A stretch of 64,000 nt of DNA, from the NCBI GenBank assembly GCA_951406725.2, contig OX597819.1, positions 95,232,001 through 95,296,000 on the forward strand. Reading direction: 5' to 3'. The stretch's first letter is position 1; each line of letters begins with the position of its first letter. Positions 13,051 to 26,132 of the stretch are shown here, piece after piece. The translations under genes were made by a program, and so were the position numbers. The notes beneath the pieces are model-generated. The model was not told the origin of the DNA, made no database searches, and saw only the letters and a list, made by a program, of their open reading frames with translations. The DNA is from Octopus vulgaris (lineage: Eukaryota).

Positions 13051-14979
13051 GGTGTGTAATTGTTTATTGCTTATGCAATTTAATAATCTATATTTATCTT
13101 ATTGCTATATCATAGGCAATTCCATAATATTCAGTGAAATATGTTTAATTTAATATACACAACACCGCTGAGATATATTAAGCTAAAATAGATTGGTAAT
13201 TAGTTTTGCTGATATTGAATTTTAACAGTTGCTTTAGATTTTGAAAAGTATGTCTCATTTTGAAACGTTTTCTCTTCAGAAGTGACACAAAGAGGAGATA
13301 ATCAGTGCAGAGCGATAAAAAACAAAGGAGAAATAGAAATGCTGAGAGCTAGAAAAGGGAAAGGAAAAGGTGAAGTACAAAGGGTGGGAAGTAGAAGTAA
13401 GGTAAGAGAAAAAAAAAGTGGGTGAGATACAAAAGATGAGAGTTAGAAATTGAGAGATAAAGATAACTGTTTTGTAAGAAAGACAGGAGTTCTCAATACC
13501 GAGAATTTGAAATGGAGACACAAGTGTAGAATAGTGGAGAGACAGAAATAGAGAAAGAAAGAAAGATAAATAAAGATAGGAAGTTTATTGTAAAAACAAA
13601 ATCAGAAATTCCCAGCTGTCTCAGACAAGACATATTACTTTCTGGGGTCTTTTGTGCTGAATTTAAAATTATATATATACTCGAAACGATTTTCTTTGGC
13701 TAGGCAAGGCAAAAAGATTTTATGAATCTTTTGGGTAGCATTAATCGATTGAATTAACACCTAAATTTATTTTATCCACTTTATAGGGATAATAATCAAA
13801 TCTGACCTTAACAAGAAATTTTACACATTATCAAACGAGGTTATTAATTACTACAGATGTATATAATCCATTGTTACTTTCCTGCCAAATCAGCACCCAC
13901 GAAACATTGAGAGTGCCTCTACATAGTCGTCAGATCTGCAAGAAAAGACAACCAAATCATATCTCACCGACAACTTCAAAAAGGAAATGTTAAGCATATT
14001 TGATAATGTAGCAGATGGAATGCTTTCAGTCATGAGTCTGATCAATCAAGATTGATCCGAAGCTAATCAATAACACAAGAGCCATATTAATACAATGACT
14101 AATTTCTGTCAAATGTGCATGGACACATTTTGGAAGAAGTTATAGCCGATTAGACACTCTGGTGAATAGGACTAAGACAGCTAATTGGATTCACTCAGGT
14201 GAAAAAGACTGTAGACAGAATTGACCCCAGCAAGATTTGAACTAATAACATAAAGAGACAACAAAATGATGCAAGTTATTTTGTCGGACTTTCTGTCGAT
14301 TTTCACCGCCTTTTTATTGGCCTTAATATTTATTTCTAATAAAGGCAGATTTGGGAGAATAGAATAATAGTCGTTTACATTGTTCCTCAGAACTTAACTA
14401 GCATTTTATTTTATCGAACTCAGAAGAATGAAACGCAAAGTTGATATCGGTGGAATTTAAGCACAAAAAATAAAGGACTGCAACTCAAAACTGCAAGGTA
14501 TTTTGTCCGACGTTCTACCGATATTGCCCTTCCACTACCCTTCGTTCCTTTAATATTGAATTCTAACATTGGCATAAGGCCACAAATACGGAGGGAAAGA
14601 GATACAATCAATTACTTGACTCGTTCTGTATTATATCGATCTCGGAACACTGAAAGGCGAAGATGGCCTCAACTGAACTCATCGCCTTAATATTAATTAC
14701 ATAGCAATATTGTTAAATTATTTTGCTGAAATTGCATTCATGCAACTGAAGTCGTACGTTCGATGTGATCAAAACTACACATTGTGGCATAGGAAGCAGA
14801 ATTTATTATCTATACAAATAATATAAATGTTTTTTTTCCTCTTCTTTTACAACTTTGTTAGTATGCTGCAAATGGAACTCAAAGTTAGCTTGTTAAGTTT
14901 CACATTCACAGTTTTATGGGGAAATAAAGATACAGTTGTCTGAGAATGAAGACGTATTATTTTGTATTTAGCGTATATG

Positions 14980-15140
14980 TAAATGTGACTTTGTGACTAA
15001 GAAGTTTGCTTCGCAACAACGTGGTCTCGGGGTCAATCCCATTGCGCCTTATCTTATGCAAGTATCTTCTACCATGGCACCGGGTCGACCAAAGACTTCT
15101 CAGTGAAATTTGGGGTGTAGGCAGAAATTGTGTGGCGAGC
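14980..15140 (-). mobile_element. Decayed SINE family B, 5' half
   Basis: Diverged match to 27750-27910 (AAGTTTGCTTCGCAACAACGTGGT...GCAAGTATCTTCTAC...GACCAAAG). Strand call is low confidence because the match reads on the plus strand, as at 3680-3840. Confidence 0.45.
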
Positions 15141-15493
15141 CTGTCGGAGTGACCATTCCTATTCTTGAATGGCAAACTTATTCTGTTGTCCAACTATCGA
15201 AACTTTTTAGGCATTTCGCCAGTCTGCAGATAAAATTTCTACACTCCTAACACAAATTACTGAGATCCTGAAAAGGATCATAGGTACCTGACTTTCCACA
15301 ACTGAATAAACCATTGCAAAATGGCTTTCTAAATAATTGTGGATATAATTGCGATCTTTACCAAATTTTGTTCTTTTTTTATATATTAAAATCATGTTGA
15401 GTAATTGTCCGGACATTTTATTATTCATAGATCCGATATGCTTAGTATTGATAGATTTATCTCTGTTCTGATCGACGATCAAAATAGACATAA

Positions 15494-17137
15494 TTTATAT
15501 ATATATATAAAAGAGAGATTCTCTCCGTTTGTGTTTGTCCCATAAAGTGAAAGTAAATGGTTCAAGGGAAGCAACACTAATTGAGCACAAACCTATGACG
15601 AGTTGCATTGAGGCAAATATTCTCACTGGTTGAGGTAAACGTGACACCGTCTTCGTTCCTCGCATATCAGTTATATCATCTAATGTCCCATTCAAATTTA
15701 AGCCCTTACAGTTGCCTATCCTACTTTCTTTTCCCATGACCATTAATAAAAGTCAAGGTGAAACACTAAAAGTTGATAGATGGCAACTTGAAGAACAAAC
15801 AGAAGTTCGTATTTGAAATCCATCTTTTTCGACTTCAATTATTACATGTTTTTCTCTTATATAATACACACATACAGTAAACCTAAATCTGACTGACAGG
15901 ACACAGCATTTGTAATTTCATTGGACTATTAGTAACTGTTGCCTTGCCTTCCATTCCTATAATATAATGTCGAAATTTCAGCACTAACATTGACATGACA
16001 CAGCATTTGTAATTTCATTGGACTAAAAAGAATGTCTCCTCAAAATAAAAAAAAAGACTGTCAAAAAGCGAACACCAAACAAACGCACAACGTGCAGCAA
16101 AAAACGAGGATGAGACACGTGCAAACCTAAATCTGTAGTCGTAGTCTCACCCTGGTTCAGATTCGAAACTGAATCTTTCAATTCTCCTTGGGCATACGGC
16201 CTATTCAAATGTCAAGAGAAACCCTGACAAATGGGTCATCCACTTCATCTGTGGCTTTCTCAGTGTCATCGCACGGTCACTTGGATTCTCTAAAGCCATT
16301 CTTCTATATGATATAGTTATTCTTTTAGCTTCATTCACAATATACCGTCTATTCAAACGTCAAAAAGAACAGTGACAAATGGATGTTCCATTTAACCTGT
16401 AGCCTTTTCAGTGCCATCGCAGTCACCAGGATTCCGTAAAGCTAATCTTTTATATGATATACCCATTTTTCTAGCTTCTCGGTTCTGATATGAGCATTAA
16501 TAAAAGTCAGGGTCAAACACTAAAAGTTACTGAATTGCAACTTGAAGAACAAACAGTAATTCGTATATGAAATCCATCTTTTTTCTACTCCAATTATCAC
16601 ATGTAATATACACATACAGGATGAGTAAACCTAAATCTGACTGACAGGGCACAGCATTTGTAATTTCATTTGACTATTACTTACTGATATTTCTTTTTTA
16701 AAAAAATCTACTAAAAAAGACTGTCAAAAAACGAACACCAAACAAACACACAACGTGCAATGCTTTTTCTATATCTTCTATTATGCTAATGTCTAATTTG
16801 TCTCAACAAAAATTATGTAATGGTACAACACTAAGTGTGCATTGACACAGCATTTGCAATTTCATTTCACTATTACTTACTGATATTCCTAATCAAAAAA
16901 AAAATGTCTACAAAGAAAAAGACTGTCAAAAAACGAACACCAAACAAACGCACGACGTGCAATGCTTTTTCTATATGAAAAGTGATGTTCCACTTACCTT
17001 CAAGGTTTTTACAGTTCCATCGCAGTCAACTGTAATTCATAAAGCTAGTCTTCTATATGATATGCCCACTTTTCTAGCTTCTCGGCCCGAGAAACAATAA
17101 ATGTAATTACCCGATCAACGACGGGTATTACTGCTAG
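15494..17137 (+). mobile_element. Non-autonomous Helitron-like element with internal duplications
   Basis: 3' hairpin TACCCG-ATCAACG-ACGGGTA (17108-17127) followed by CTAG|T (17134-17137). The 5' end resembles TATATATATAAAAGAGAG..GTTTGTGTTTGTC. Internal blocks are repeated two to four times. Confidence 0.7.
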
Positions 17138-17159
17138 TGTATTGATAAACACAATGGTA

Positions 17160-18720
17160 ATTCATGTGAAAGCTGCAAGATTAGTGTGATGATTTTCAGA
17201 AAGAGAAGGGTACAACTTCTGATGCAAATCATTTACTGACCAGTAAAGACTGATTTAAGAGGCGTTTTTTTTTCTTTGGAACAACCTTAGAAAACTGGTG
17301 AAGTTGTCAGTACTGACACAGAGACTGCTACTAGTTATCCGGAGGAGCTAAAGAAAATTAATGATAAAACCGGCCATCCACTAGAACTGTTGATGAAACT
17401 GGGCTTCTTCGGAAGTGCATACCTACTTAAACTTTTGTTTCTGGTAAAATTCGTCCGACGATTTTTGAGAGTTATAAAGAGCAGAAATACTGCTGGTGGT
17501 GATATGAAATTAAATCTCCTGCCTGTATGTCACTCCAAAAATCAAAAGGAGATAAAATACAGCTGGTGATATGAAACTAATTCCCCTGCATGTATGTCAC
17601 TCAAAAAAATCTAAGGGTTTTCAAAGGCTGTGCTAGAATTAATCTACCTGGGATTTGGCATTCGGTTAGAAGACTTGAATGACTATGGACCGTTTTGGAA
17701 AACTGGGTTACAATTTTTGTTCTATTTTTTGTTATATTTTTATTCATTTAGTTTATTTTTGTGTTGTTTTTTTTTTTTTGCCTTGCTGCAAAAAGACATC
17801 GTGTCAAGTGTGATATTTCCCACAAAGTATTGTTCCTTATAGGCACACCAATCCTACCCGTGATCATAACCATGTTTTGCCTATAGACCACTTTAGTTCT
17901 TATTTTCTTCGGGTGAACCCTCATAGCCATTCGATGTTTTGAAGAAAATCTTATATCTTTAGAATTAAATATTATTTGGAATTATATAATAAAATTGTTA
18001 AAATATTTTGTGTACTGTAGATTTATAACCAATTTACTGCACATAAGCTTTAAACAAGAAAATCTTATATGATCTCCCCACCCAAGGTCATATGGGACAC
18101 GTTTGAGAAACACTATCATAAATGTTTTTTTATAATGGAGGTGGAAAAAATCTCAAAGAACTTTTTTTGCTCCAGTCATATATTATTTCAGAACTTCATA
18201 ACAACTCATAAAAGCAATCAGAAAGTTAGAGACTTTTGAAAAAGTTCAAAATTGAGGATGCTGGCAGTGGATGACATATGTGAGACATGTGGAAGAGTAA
18301 AACAGTCAACTATGAATGATGTTTGGAAAAATTTATGGTCAAACTACATCCGTGACTTCACAGGTTTCCTACCAGGCGAAAGCCTACATCAAGTGCAGCA
18401 AGATATTACAACATTGGCAAATGAGGAAAAGTATAAAGTCGCAGCAGATGATCTGGTGGAGCTGCTAGAGTCTCATAAAGTTTATCTAATGAGGAGCTGA
18501 TGTTTATAGAATAAGAGCATACCGCCAAGCAAGAATTGAACATTGGAGCTTCACACACTTCTCTTTAGTTGTTTGCGAAGAATAACTCATGAGTTTGCTC
18601 TGACAGAGGAAGATTTGCAGGTTTTATCTAATAGCAATCCTAGTCGTGAACGTAAAATAAAAATTACAAGAGGAGTTTATAATGAGATCAGTTTCAACAC
18701 TGAGCGTTACAGAGATAGCG
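17160..18720 (+). pseudogene. Tigger/pogo (CENP-B/DDE) transposase remnant, interrupted
   Basis: Motifs DETGL(F)WK..P..TF (17392), AGGDMKL..L.V.HSKN (17490) and STMNDVWKNLW....DFTGF...DDLVELLESH (ORF 18252-18500). Many stops, plus an unrelated insert at about 17720-18120. Confidence 0.8.
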
Positions 18721-18726
18721 TGACGC

Positions 18727-18775
<49 letters not shown>

Positions 18776-18890
18776 GGGGGAGGAGGAGGAGCTAGGGAGA
18801 AGATACTGCCCCTACTATCTGTAAATAACTCCCATTGCACCGTCTCTCATTATTCAACAATCAACAACTTTTGTAGTGGGTACGTATTTA

Positions 18891-19053
18891 GGCGCAAGCA
18901 TGGCTGTGTTGTAAGAAGTTTGCATACCAACCACATGGTTCCGGGATCAGTCCCACTGCGTGGCACCTTGGGCAACTGTCTTCTACTATAACCTCGGGCC
19001 AACCAGAGCTTTGTGAGTGATTTGGCAAACGGAGACTGAAAGAAGCCCCGACG
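18891..19053 (+). mobile_element. CORE-type SINE family B, 5' half
   Basis: tRNA-like head, then GGCACCTTGGGCAACTGTCTTCTAC (CORE-like); stops at the internal microsatellite. Confidence 0.85.
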
Positions 19054-19086
19054 TAATTATACACACACACACACACACACACACAC

Positions 19087-19117
<31 letters not shown>

Positions 19118-19765
19118 TGTATGTATGTATGTATGTATGCATGCATGCATGCATGCATGCATGCATGTATGTATGTATGTATGTATTTGTATGTATGTAT
19201 GTTTATGTATGTTGTTTTTTTTTTTTCTGATATTGGTGTCACTATAGTGTCATATCTGTCGGACAAAGAGCCTTATAGGCAACACACCAATCCTACCCGT
19301 GATCATAACCATTTTTTGCCTATAGACCACTTTAGTTCTTATTTTCTTCGGGTGAACCCTCATAGCCATTCGATGTTTTGAAGAAAATCTTATATCTTTA
19401 GAATTAAATATTATTTGGAATTATATAATAAAATTGTTAAAATATTTTGTGTACTGTAGATTTATAACCAATTTACTGCACATAAGCTTTAAACAACAAA
19501 ATCTTATATGATCTCCCCACCCAAGGTCATATGGGACGTTTGAGAAACACTATCATAAATGTTTTTTTTATAATGGAGGTGGAAAAAATCTCAAAGAACT
19601 TTTTTGCTCCAGTCATATATTATTTCAGAACTTTATAACAACTCATAAAAGCAATCAGAAAGTTAGAGACTTTTGAAAAAGTTCAAAATTGAGGATGCTG
19701 GCAGTGGATGACATATGTGAGACATGTGGAAGAGTAAAACAGTCAACTATTAATGATGTTTGGAA

Positions 19766-19814
<49 letters not shown>

Positions 19815-20116
19815 TATAAGCCACTATCCAGTGGGCCTGTCATGATGTATAAAGTCGCAGCAGATGATCTGGTGGAGCTAAAGATCATCAGATAAAGTTT
19901 TATAATGAGGAAATGTGAAAAGCATAAAGGCAGAACATTGATACGAGCTTCACATACCCTTGTTAGTTGTTAAAGAGAAAGGAGATGGTGATTGAGGAAG
20001 ATTGCAGGTTAATTGATCTAATAGCAATCCTAGTCGTGAACGTAAAATAAAAATTACAAGAGGAGTTTATAATGAGATCAGTTTCAACACTGAGCGTTAC
20101 AGAGATAGCGTGACGC

Positions 20117-20165
<49 letters not shown>

Positions 20166-20280
20166 GGGGGAGGAGGAGGAGCTAGGGAGAAGATACTGCC
20201 CCTACTATCTGTAAATAACTCCCATTGCACCGTCTCTCATTATTCAACAATCAACAACTTTTGTAGTGGGTACGTATTTA

Positions 20281-20443
20281 GGCGCAAGCATGGCTGTGTT
20301 GTAAGAAGTTTGCATACCAACCACATGGTTCCGGGATCAGTCCCACTGCGTGGCACCTTGGGCAACTGTCTTCTACTATAACCTCGGGCCAACCAGAGCT
20401 TTGTGAGTGATTTGGCAAACGGAGACTGAAAGAAGCCCCGACG
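20281..20443 (+). mobile_element. CORE-type SINE family B, 5' half (duplicate of 18891)
   Basis: Identical to 18891-19053. Confidence 0.85.
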
Positions 20444-20476
20444 TAATTATACACACACACACACACACACACACAC

Positions 20477-20507
<31 letters not shown>

Positions 20508-20593
20508 TGTATGTATGTATGTATGTATGTATGCATGCATGCATGCATGCATGCATGCATGTATGTATGTATGTATGTATGTATGTATGTATG

Positions 20594-20625
<32 letters not shown>

Positions 20626-20888
20626 ACGAAATATTGGTGGTGTAACACTATACTAATCATATCTGTCGGACATGTAGAAGAGAGTGTAATTCGGCAGGAG
20701 GACTTAAACGACATGAAGCCCAGTTACAACTACAGCCGGCTATTACCGGTAAAGGTTTTAGTTGCCAATTCTGTACAAGACATTGTAGATCTTTAGCTGG
20801 GCTAAAAAGTCGCATTCGATCACAGCACCAGTAACAGTTAAGCTTCGTGCAATGGCCATACTCGATAACGAGGGGGCAGCCATAATAA

Positions 20889-21338
20889 CGAAATATTAGC
20901 GCTAAGCAGTGTTTAACCATAAGCAAAAGTTTAGGTTAGTTAAAATATGTTTGTGACATATTTCAACTGCTAAAAGGCAATTACATTGCAGTTACCGTAG
21001 AGAAAATATTCTCTTATGGTATAAGCAGTTGAAATATTCCACGAACAAATTTTAACTAACCTAAACGTTGCTTATGCCTAAACACTACTTGGCGCTAATA
21101 TTTCGGGATTTTGCCACGATCGAGCGATCTACCAGCGCAAATTAATCAATGCTGTTGACTGTATTTTACATAAATCTATTGCTTCTTTAGGTACGTCCCA
21201 TTGATAAAAGCCAACTAACTTGAAATATCGATGTCTGAGAATCCTGATAGATGGCGACACTGAACAAATAGGGTGTTTTCACAGTTATACCATAAGGGAA
21301 ATATTTTCTCTATGGTAACTGCAGTGAATCTGCCTTTT
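20889..21338. repeat. Interleaved inverted repeats
   Basis: Arms of about 83 bp at 20889-20971 and 21024-21105. The spacer 20972-21023 is itself inverted at about 21286-21338. Confidence 0.85.
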
Positions 21339-21356
21339 AACAAATGTATGTATGTG

Positions 21357-21423
<67 letters not shown>

Positions 21424-23239
21424 CCACTATACCGGTTAGTGGGCCTGTCAGGGTGGGGGATGTAGGTTGGAGTCCGTTAGACTGATTCCTTATCGAACCA
21501 GGTAAAGATCAAGAAAAGAGTAAATAAAGGAATGTTGATGATTTGATTATTGTTCAACTATTAAGACACACTAAATAAAATTCTAAGGCATTAAGATGTG
21601 ATATATTATCTGAAAAAGGAAAAATCATGATAAATGATAACTCATCAGTAATCATTAATTGATAGGTGCAACTCATTAACTAATATCTACGAACTCAAAA
21701 TACTTAAGGAAAGATTTACAACCAAAAGCTACCTAATATCTACACACAATCTAAACAATAGTTGACTAACATTTTGCTAAATGACAAGAAGGAATCAATA
21801 TTAATCATCATAAAGAAGTTAGACCCAATTAATGAAAATAATTATAACACATTAATGTCATAAAAAAGAAGTAACTGGTATATATGAATTAATTGAAAGA
21901 AGTTAAAAACATACATTTTAATCAATCAAAATTATAGCAGTAGTTAAAAAAGCAAAATCATTATGTTAATCATAGTTCTTGTAAAGAAATGCAATGGAGA
22001 GAATACGAAAGAGGTACCGAACTGGAATAATTATTTTAACAAGAGAAAGAAGATAAGACTAAAGTTTCGGTCTATAACTTAATCCCGTTTGAAAACATTT
22101 TCTACTTACATTTTGTGCCGTTGTACGTAGGCCATCTCAAATTTTATTGCGTTCTACTCTTTTGATTATTGTAAATATCAAGAAGTTAGCATCTATTACA
22201 TGCAATGTCATCTGCTAATGCTGCAGATGACATTTACCATTTCTGTCGATTACTGTGTATACTGATCAGAGGTTGACTGATAAATTGATCAATTTTAGAG
22301 AACATTTGGGGATGACAACAACACTGGAATAACATCGCAATTCTGCAGACCACTACCATTAGCATCTCGCTGATTGTAGAATTACACAACATCCAACTTT
22401 GTCGCGAACAGTTAATCCTCCATTTAGCCATAGCTACTATTACTAGTAGCTTTATTATCTTTATTATCTTCCCATACACACTGACAAACGACTACACATG
22501 TAATTTAACTCCCTTTTTGCTCGTACACCTTCATGCATTATTCCACGCATCCACTACTCACTATAATGACCAACTCACACCACCAATGTAATTTCTCGCT
22601 TTGCTCATATCACCACACATTTATTCTCGCTATTGCATATGTACACACATACACGCATTCACACACAAGCTTGCTCACACATTCATGCATATACTTACTT
22701 CACAAATACTTTACTACATTCTGTATCAGCTGTCACGCTTTCTTCCCTTACATCACACTCACTCTTCTCTACTGACATCAACCGACTGTCTTTACTCCAC
22801 TCACTTCTTGTCTGCTGCTTCAGCATGTTGCATCTCTGACCCATCCTTGTGTTTTATACCCATTATAGGTTAATAGAGAGACAACATGCATGTGTGCGCG
22901 CGCAAGCGTGTGTAATTTAAGAGAAGTAATAAGAAAAATAAGAAAAGGTAGAAAATGCTAAAATAATTTTATCATGAAGAACATTTTAGTACCCGTTTCA
23001 GACTTTTCGACTTTTTCAACAAAAGCAAGGAAAACAATTGAACTGAAGAAAAATTAAATGAAATATTTTTTTTTAATATTTCCATATTCTTCAAATAGGT
23101 AGGACATTTTCCTTTATTCTCTCTCTCTCTCTCTCTCTCTCTTTTACTTTTGTGAAGGCTCGGTAGGTAGTAGCAGATCTGAAGAAATAGTCAATAAGGG
23201 TGCAAAGGAATGTTGATTCCGGATTTTGATTTTGATTGT

Positions 23240-23950
23240 TCAACTCATGCCACCCCAGACACACTAGAATGAATATCCCATTCTACCTGGCATTCTATAT
23301 GTGTACTATATTATCTGATACAAGCACCAGGGACACACAAATACATGAGCTAAATGATACACTCATCAGCACTATCATTAATTGATACAGGTTTTCAACG
23401 TGCCCTACAACTCAACATCTACGAACTCAAACATCCCAAACTAAGGAAAGATTTACAACCAAAAGCCCTACCATACATATCTACACACAACCCTCTAAAC
23501 AATGAAGCCTTCGACACCATCCTCCAGAACATTTTTTGCTAAAAAGGGACCACAGAATGAATCAAATCCACCAAACGCACATCATCATAAAGAGCAAAAG
23601 ACGACCCAAGTCAATGAAAAGTCTACTAACAACATTGAAACCGTCAGTAAAAAAAATGCGAAAGACCTAACTCTGGTATATATGTCAATCTAATTGAAAG
23701 AACGGAATTCTTCAAACAGGGACAATGTCTTACAATGAAAAACAACTTCACATGTGCTTCGGAAAATCTAATATATGTGTTAACTTGCTCAGGGTGTCAA
23801 GAGCAATACATATGCCAAACCAAAAAGCAGTCTACGCCAGAGGATGACCGTACATAGATACCAGATTAAAATCAGGGAATGCAGAAAAATAGCATTAAGC
23901 GAACACATCATCATTTGCGCCACTAATGAACGACCGAACTTCTGAATTTT
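23240..23950 (+). pseudogene. Penelope-like element remnant: RT C-terminus/linker plus GIY-YIG endonuclease
   Basis: H..NIPFYLA, LIDTGFQRAL, LPYISTHNP and FTCASENLIYVLTCSGCQEQYICQT..SLRQRMTVHR are typical PLE GIY-YIG motifs; frameshifted. Confidence 0.8.
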
Positions 23951-23959
23951 TCCATGCAG

Positions 23960-24523
23960 AGTGAAGCCGCTCGACACAAATTGATCTTGGACTCTGCTGT
24001 GCATGCGCACTAAGTTTTAGCGTTCTAGTTTACTTCTGCTGTTTACAGCAGTGCTTGGAAGGAAGGTGTGTAGCGTGCAATCGTTGCATTGACCATGACA
24101 GAGAAATTTATCATGGAATGCCTGCTCAGTGGCCTACTCAAAGTTGCAGAAAGTGTATGGAGAGGAGTATATGAGCCGTGCACAAGTCTACGAGTGGTTT
24201 AGACGTTTCCAAGATAGCCGAAAAAATGTCGATATTGACGAACGTTCTGGGAGACTTGTAACCATCAGAACTGAGAATAACATCGCAGATGTGCGTACAG
24301 CTGTGAGGGGAAATCGTCGAATCACCATCCGTGAGTTATCAGAGGACGTGCAGATTAGTTACGGTTCAGTTCAGTCCATTATCACTGAAGATTTGGATAT
24401 GAGATGTTTGTCTGCCAAGTTTGTGCCAAAACTGCTTTCAGCTGACAAAAGAGACACTCGGGTTTCAGTTGCACATGAACTCCTTGATTGTGTCGAGAAC
24501 GATGAAAACGTTTTGAAAACTTT
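23960..24523 (+). pseudogene. Mariner transposase N-terminal fragment
   Basis: ORF 24129 has LQKVYGEEYMSRAQVYEWFRRF..ERSGR..RRITIRELSE..LSAKFVPKLL; truncated before the catalytic domain. Confidence 0.9.
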
Positions 24524-24934
24524 GAGTAGGCCTAACACAAACACAAAAAAAACTCTCACACACACACATGACAATGACACACACACACACACACACACAC
24601 AAAACATATAAATATATAAAACAATAAACATACAGACCACACACCCACACACCAACAAACAAAAAACACACAAACTCAACAACCACAATAAAAAAATATT
24701 AAAAACAAGTAAAATAAATATAAATATAAATAAAAACTTAGATAGAGAGAAAATAAACTTGGCTAAAGATTAAAAAGATAGTAAATATAAAAGAAAACAG
24801 GGCCCAGCAGTTATCAGTGAAACAGCCGTGCTCGAAATGCAGATAAATAGGTACGAATTCCGTTTACACTTGCACCCAGAGTGAACTGTGGAGGCACAAA
24901 ATGAGTAAGTAGGTATGTATATATGTATGTATCT

Positions 24935-25463
24935 ATGTGTGTCTGTTCTCTTCTGTTTTTAATTATCTGAATTCTTCCTCTGAGGAAGAAACTGGTTTTT
25001 AACAACGATACAAACCTTCACCGATTGAATATAGATAAATATAGATAACAAAAATAAAATCACGCTTTAAACTTGAGAAAAGTTTTGCATATTTTTACTA
25101 TCCCACTTTCAGATTTTGTTTGCAATTGTTTTATTGAGTGGCTATGGCTTCTATTGTACTGTGGGTTCTTATTTCTTTGTCCTCGGGATTATCCTTCCGA
25201 TAGATTTCATTATAGAGTGTCCTAGCTACATGTCTCATCGGTAGATAATACCGTAATGACATTTTCGGACAACTGCTTATAATGAGGATGATATTTTCAA
25301 TGTGAACTCCACAAAGTCTGCATCGGTTGTCACATTTTACTGCTTTTCCTGCATCTCTATCTCTTTTGTGCATCAGGTACTTGGTTGATATTTCCTGTTC
25401 CTGGATTGCACACGCATACCGTTCAAAGTGGGAGATAGTAATCCGGCAATTGGTTCATGATAA

Positions 25464-25464
<1 letters not shown>
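24935..25464 (-). mobile_element. RLE-type (R4/Dong- or NeSL-like) non-LTR retrotransposon, internally deleted 3' fragment
   Basis: AIQEQEISTKYL and the CCHC knuckle RCRLCG...ENI..IISSCPKMS.RYYLPMRH. The putative 3' UTR has hairpin TTCTTCCTC-T-GAGGAAGAA at about 24972-24990. Confidence 0.75.
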
Positions 25465-25494
<30 letters not shown>

Positions 25495-25779
25495 TGTATG
25501 TATGTATGTATGTATGTATGTATGTATGTATGTATGTATGTATGTATGTATGTTTGTATGTATGTATGTATGTTTAGATACCTGTATGTATGTTTAGAAA
25601 GAGAAAGAAAACTCTGATGTAACATCTACAACTTCGTTTACATCCAATGACTAGATTAGTTCTTTTGAAGGGCAATTGCATACAAAAAAAAAAAAAAAAA
25701 AAACACAAAAAACAAAACTGGTAATAGACGAAAGGGCAAAACATTCTATGAAAAATTCCATGTTGGAATGAAGGCATGT

Positions 25780-25920
25780 ATCAATGTGAGTGGTAATCTC
25801 TCTGAACACCTGCTGTAGGAGGCAGCCATCGCTGCCACATCTGTGCAGAGTGTAGATCCCAAACAGGACTGAAAGCTTACATTCGCGCTGCTTTAATAAC
25901 AATCAAGCGAGGGCATTGCC
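25780..25920 (+). mobile_element. RTE-type LINE 3' zinc-finger remnant
   Basis: Reads HRCHICAECRSQTGLKAYIR, similar to the C-terminal finger near 56790. Confidence 0.35.
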
Positions 25921-25934
25921 AGAAATCAAGTTAC

Positions 25935-25994
<60 letters not shown>

Positions 25995-26063
25995 TGTCTA
26001 TCTAACTCTCTCTCTCTCTCTCACTCTCTCTCTCTCCACACAGTCTCTAGCGGTTATGTGTAA

Positions 26064-26132
<69 letters not shown>

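Larger units (their letters stand above)
17835..20680. repeat. ~1.43-kb tandem duplication (possibly an assembly artefact)
   Basis: 17835-19270 recurs at 19271-20680, including the Tigger fragment, (GAT)n, SINE B half and microsatellites. Part of copy 2 is garbled. Confidence 0.9.

Noticed and set aside
22985-23025. Minus-strand hammerhead-like motif (TTGTTGA...GAAACGGGTA)
   Set aside because: It has two core mismatches and no convincing stem I or II.
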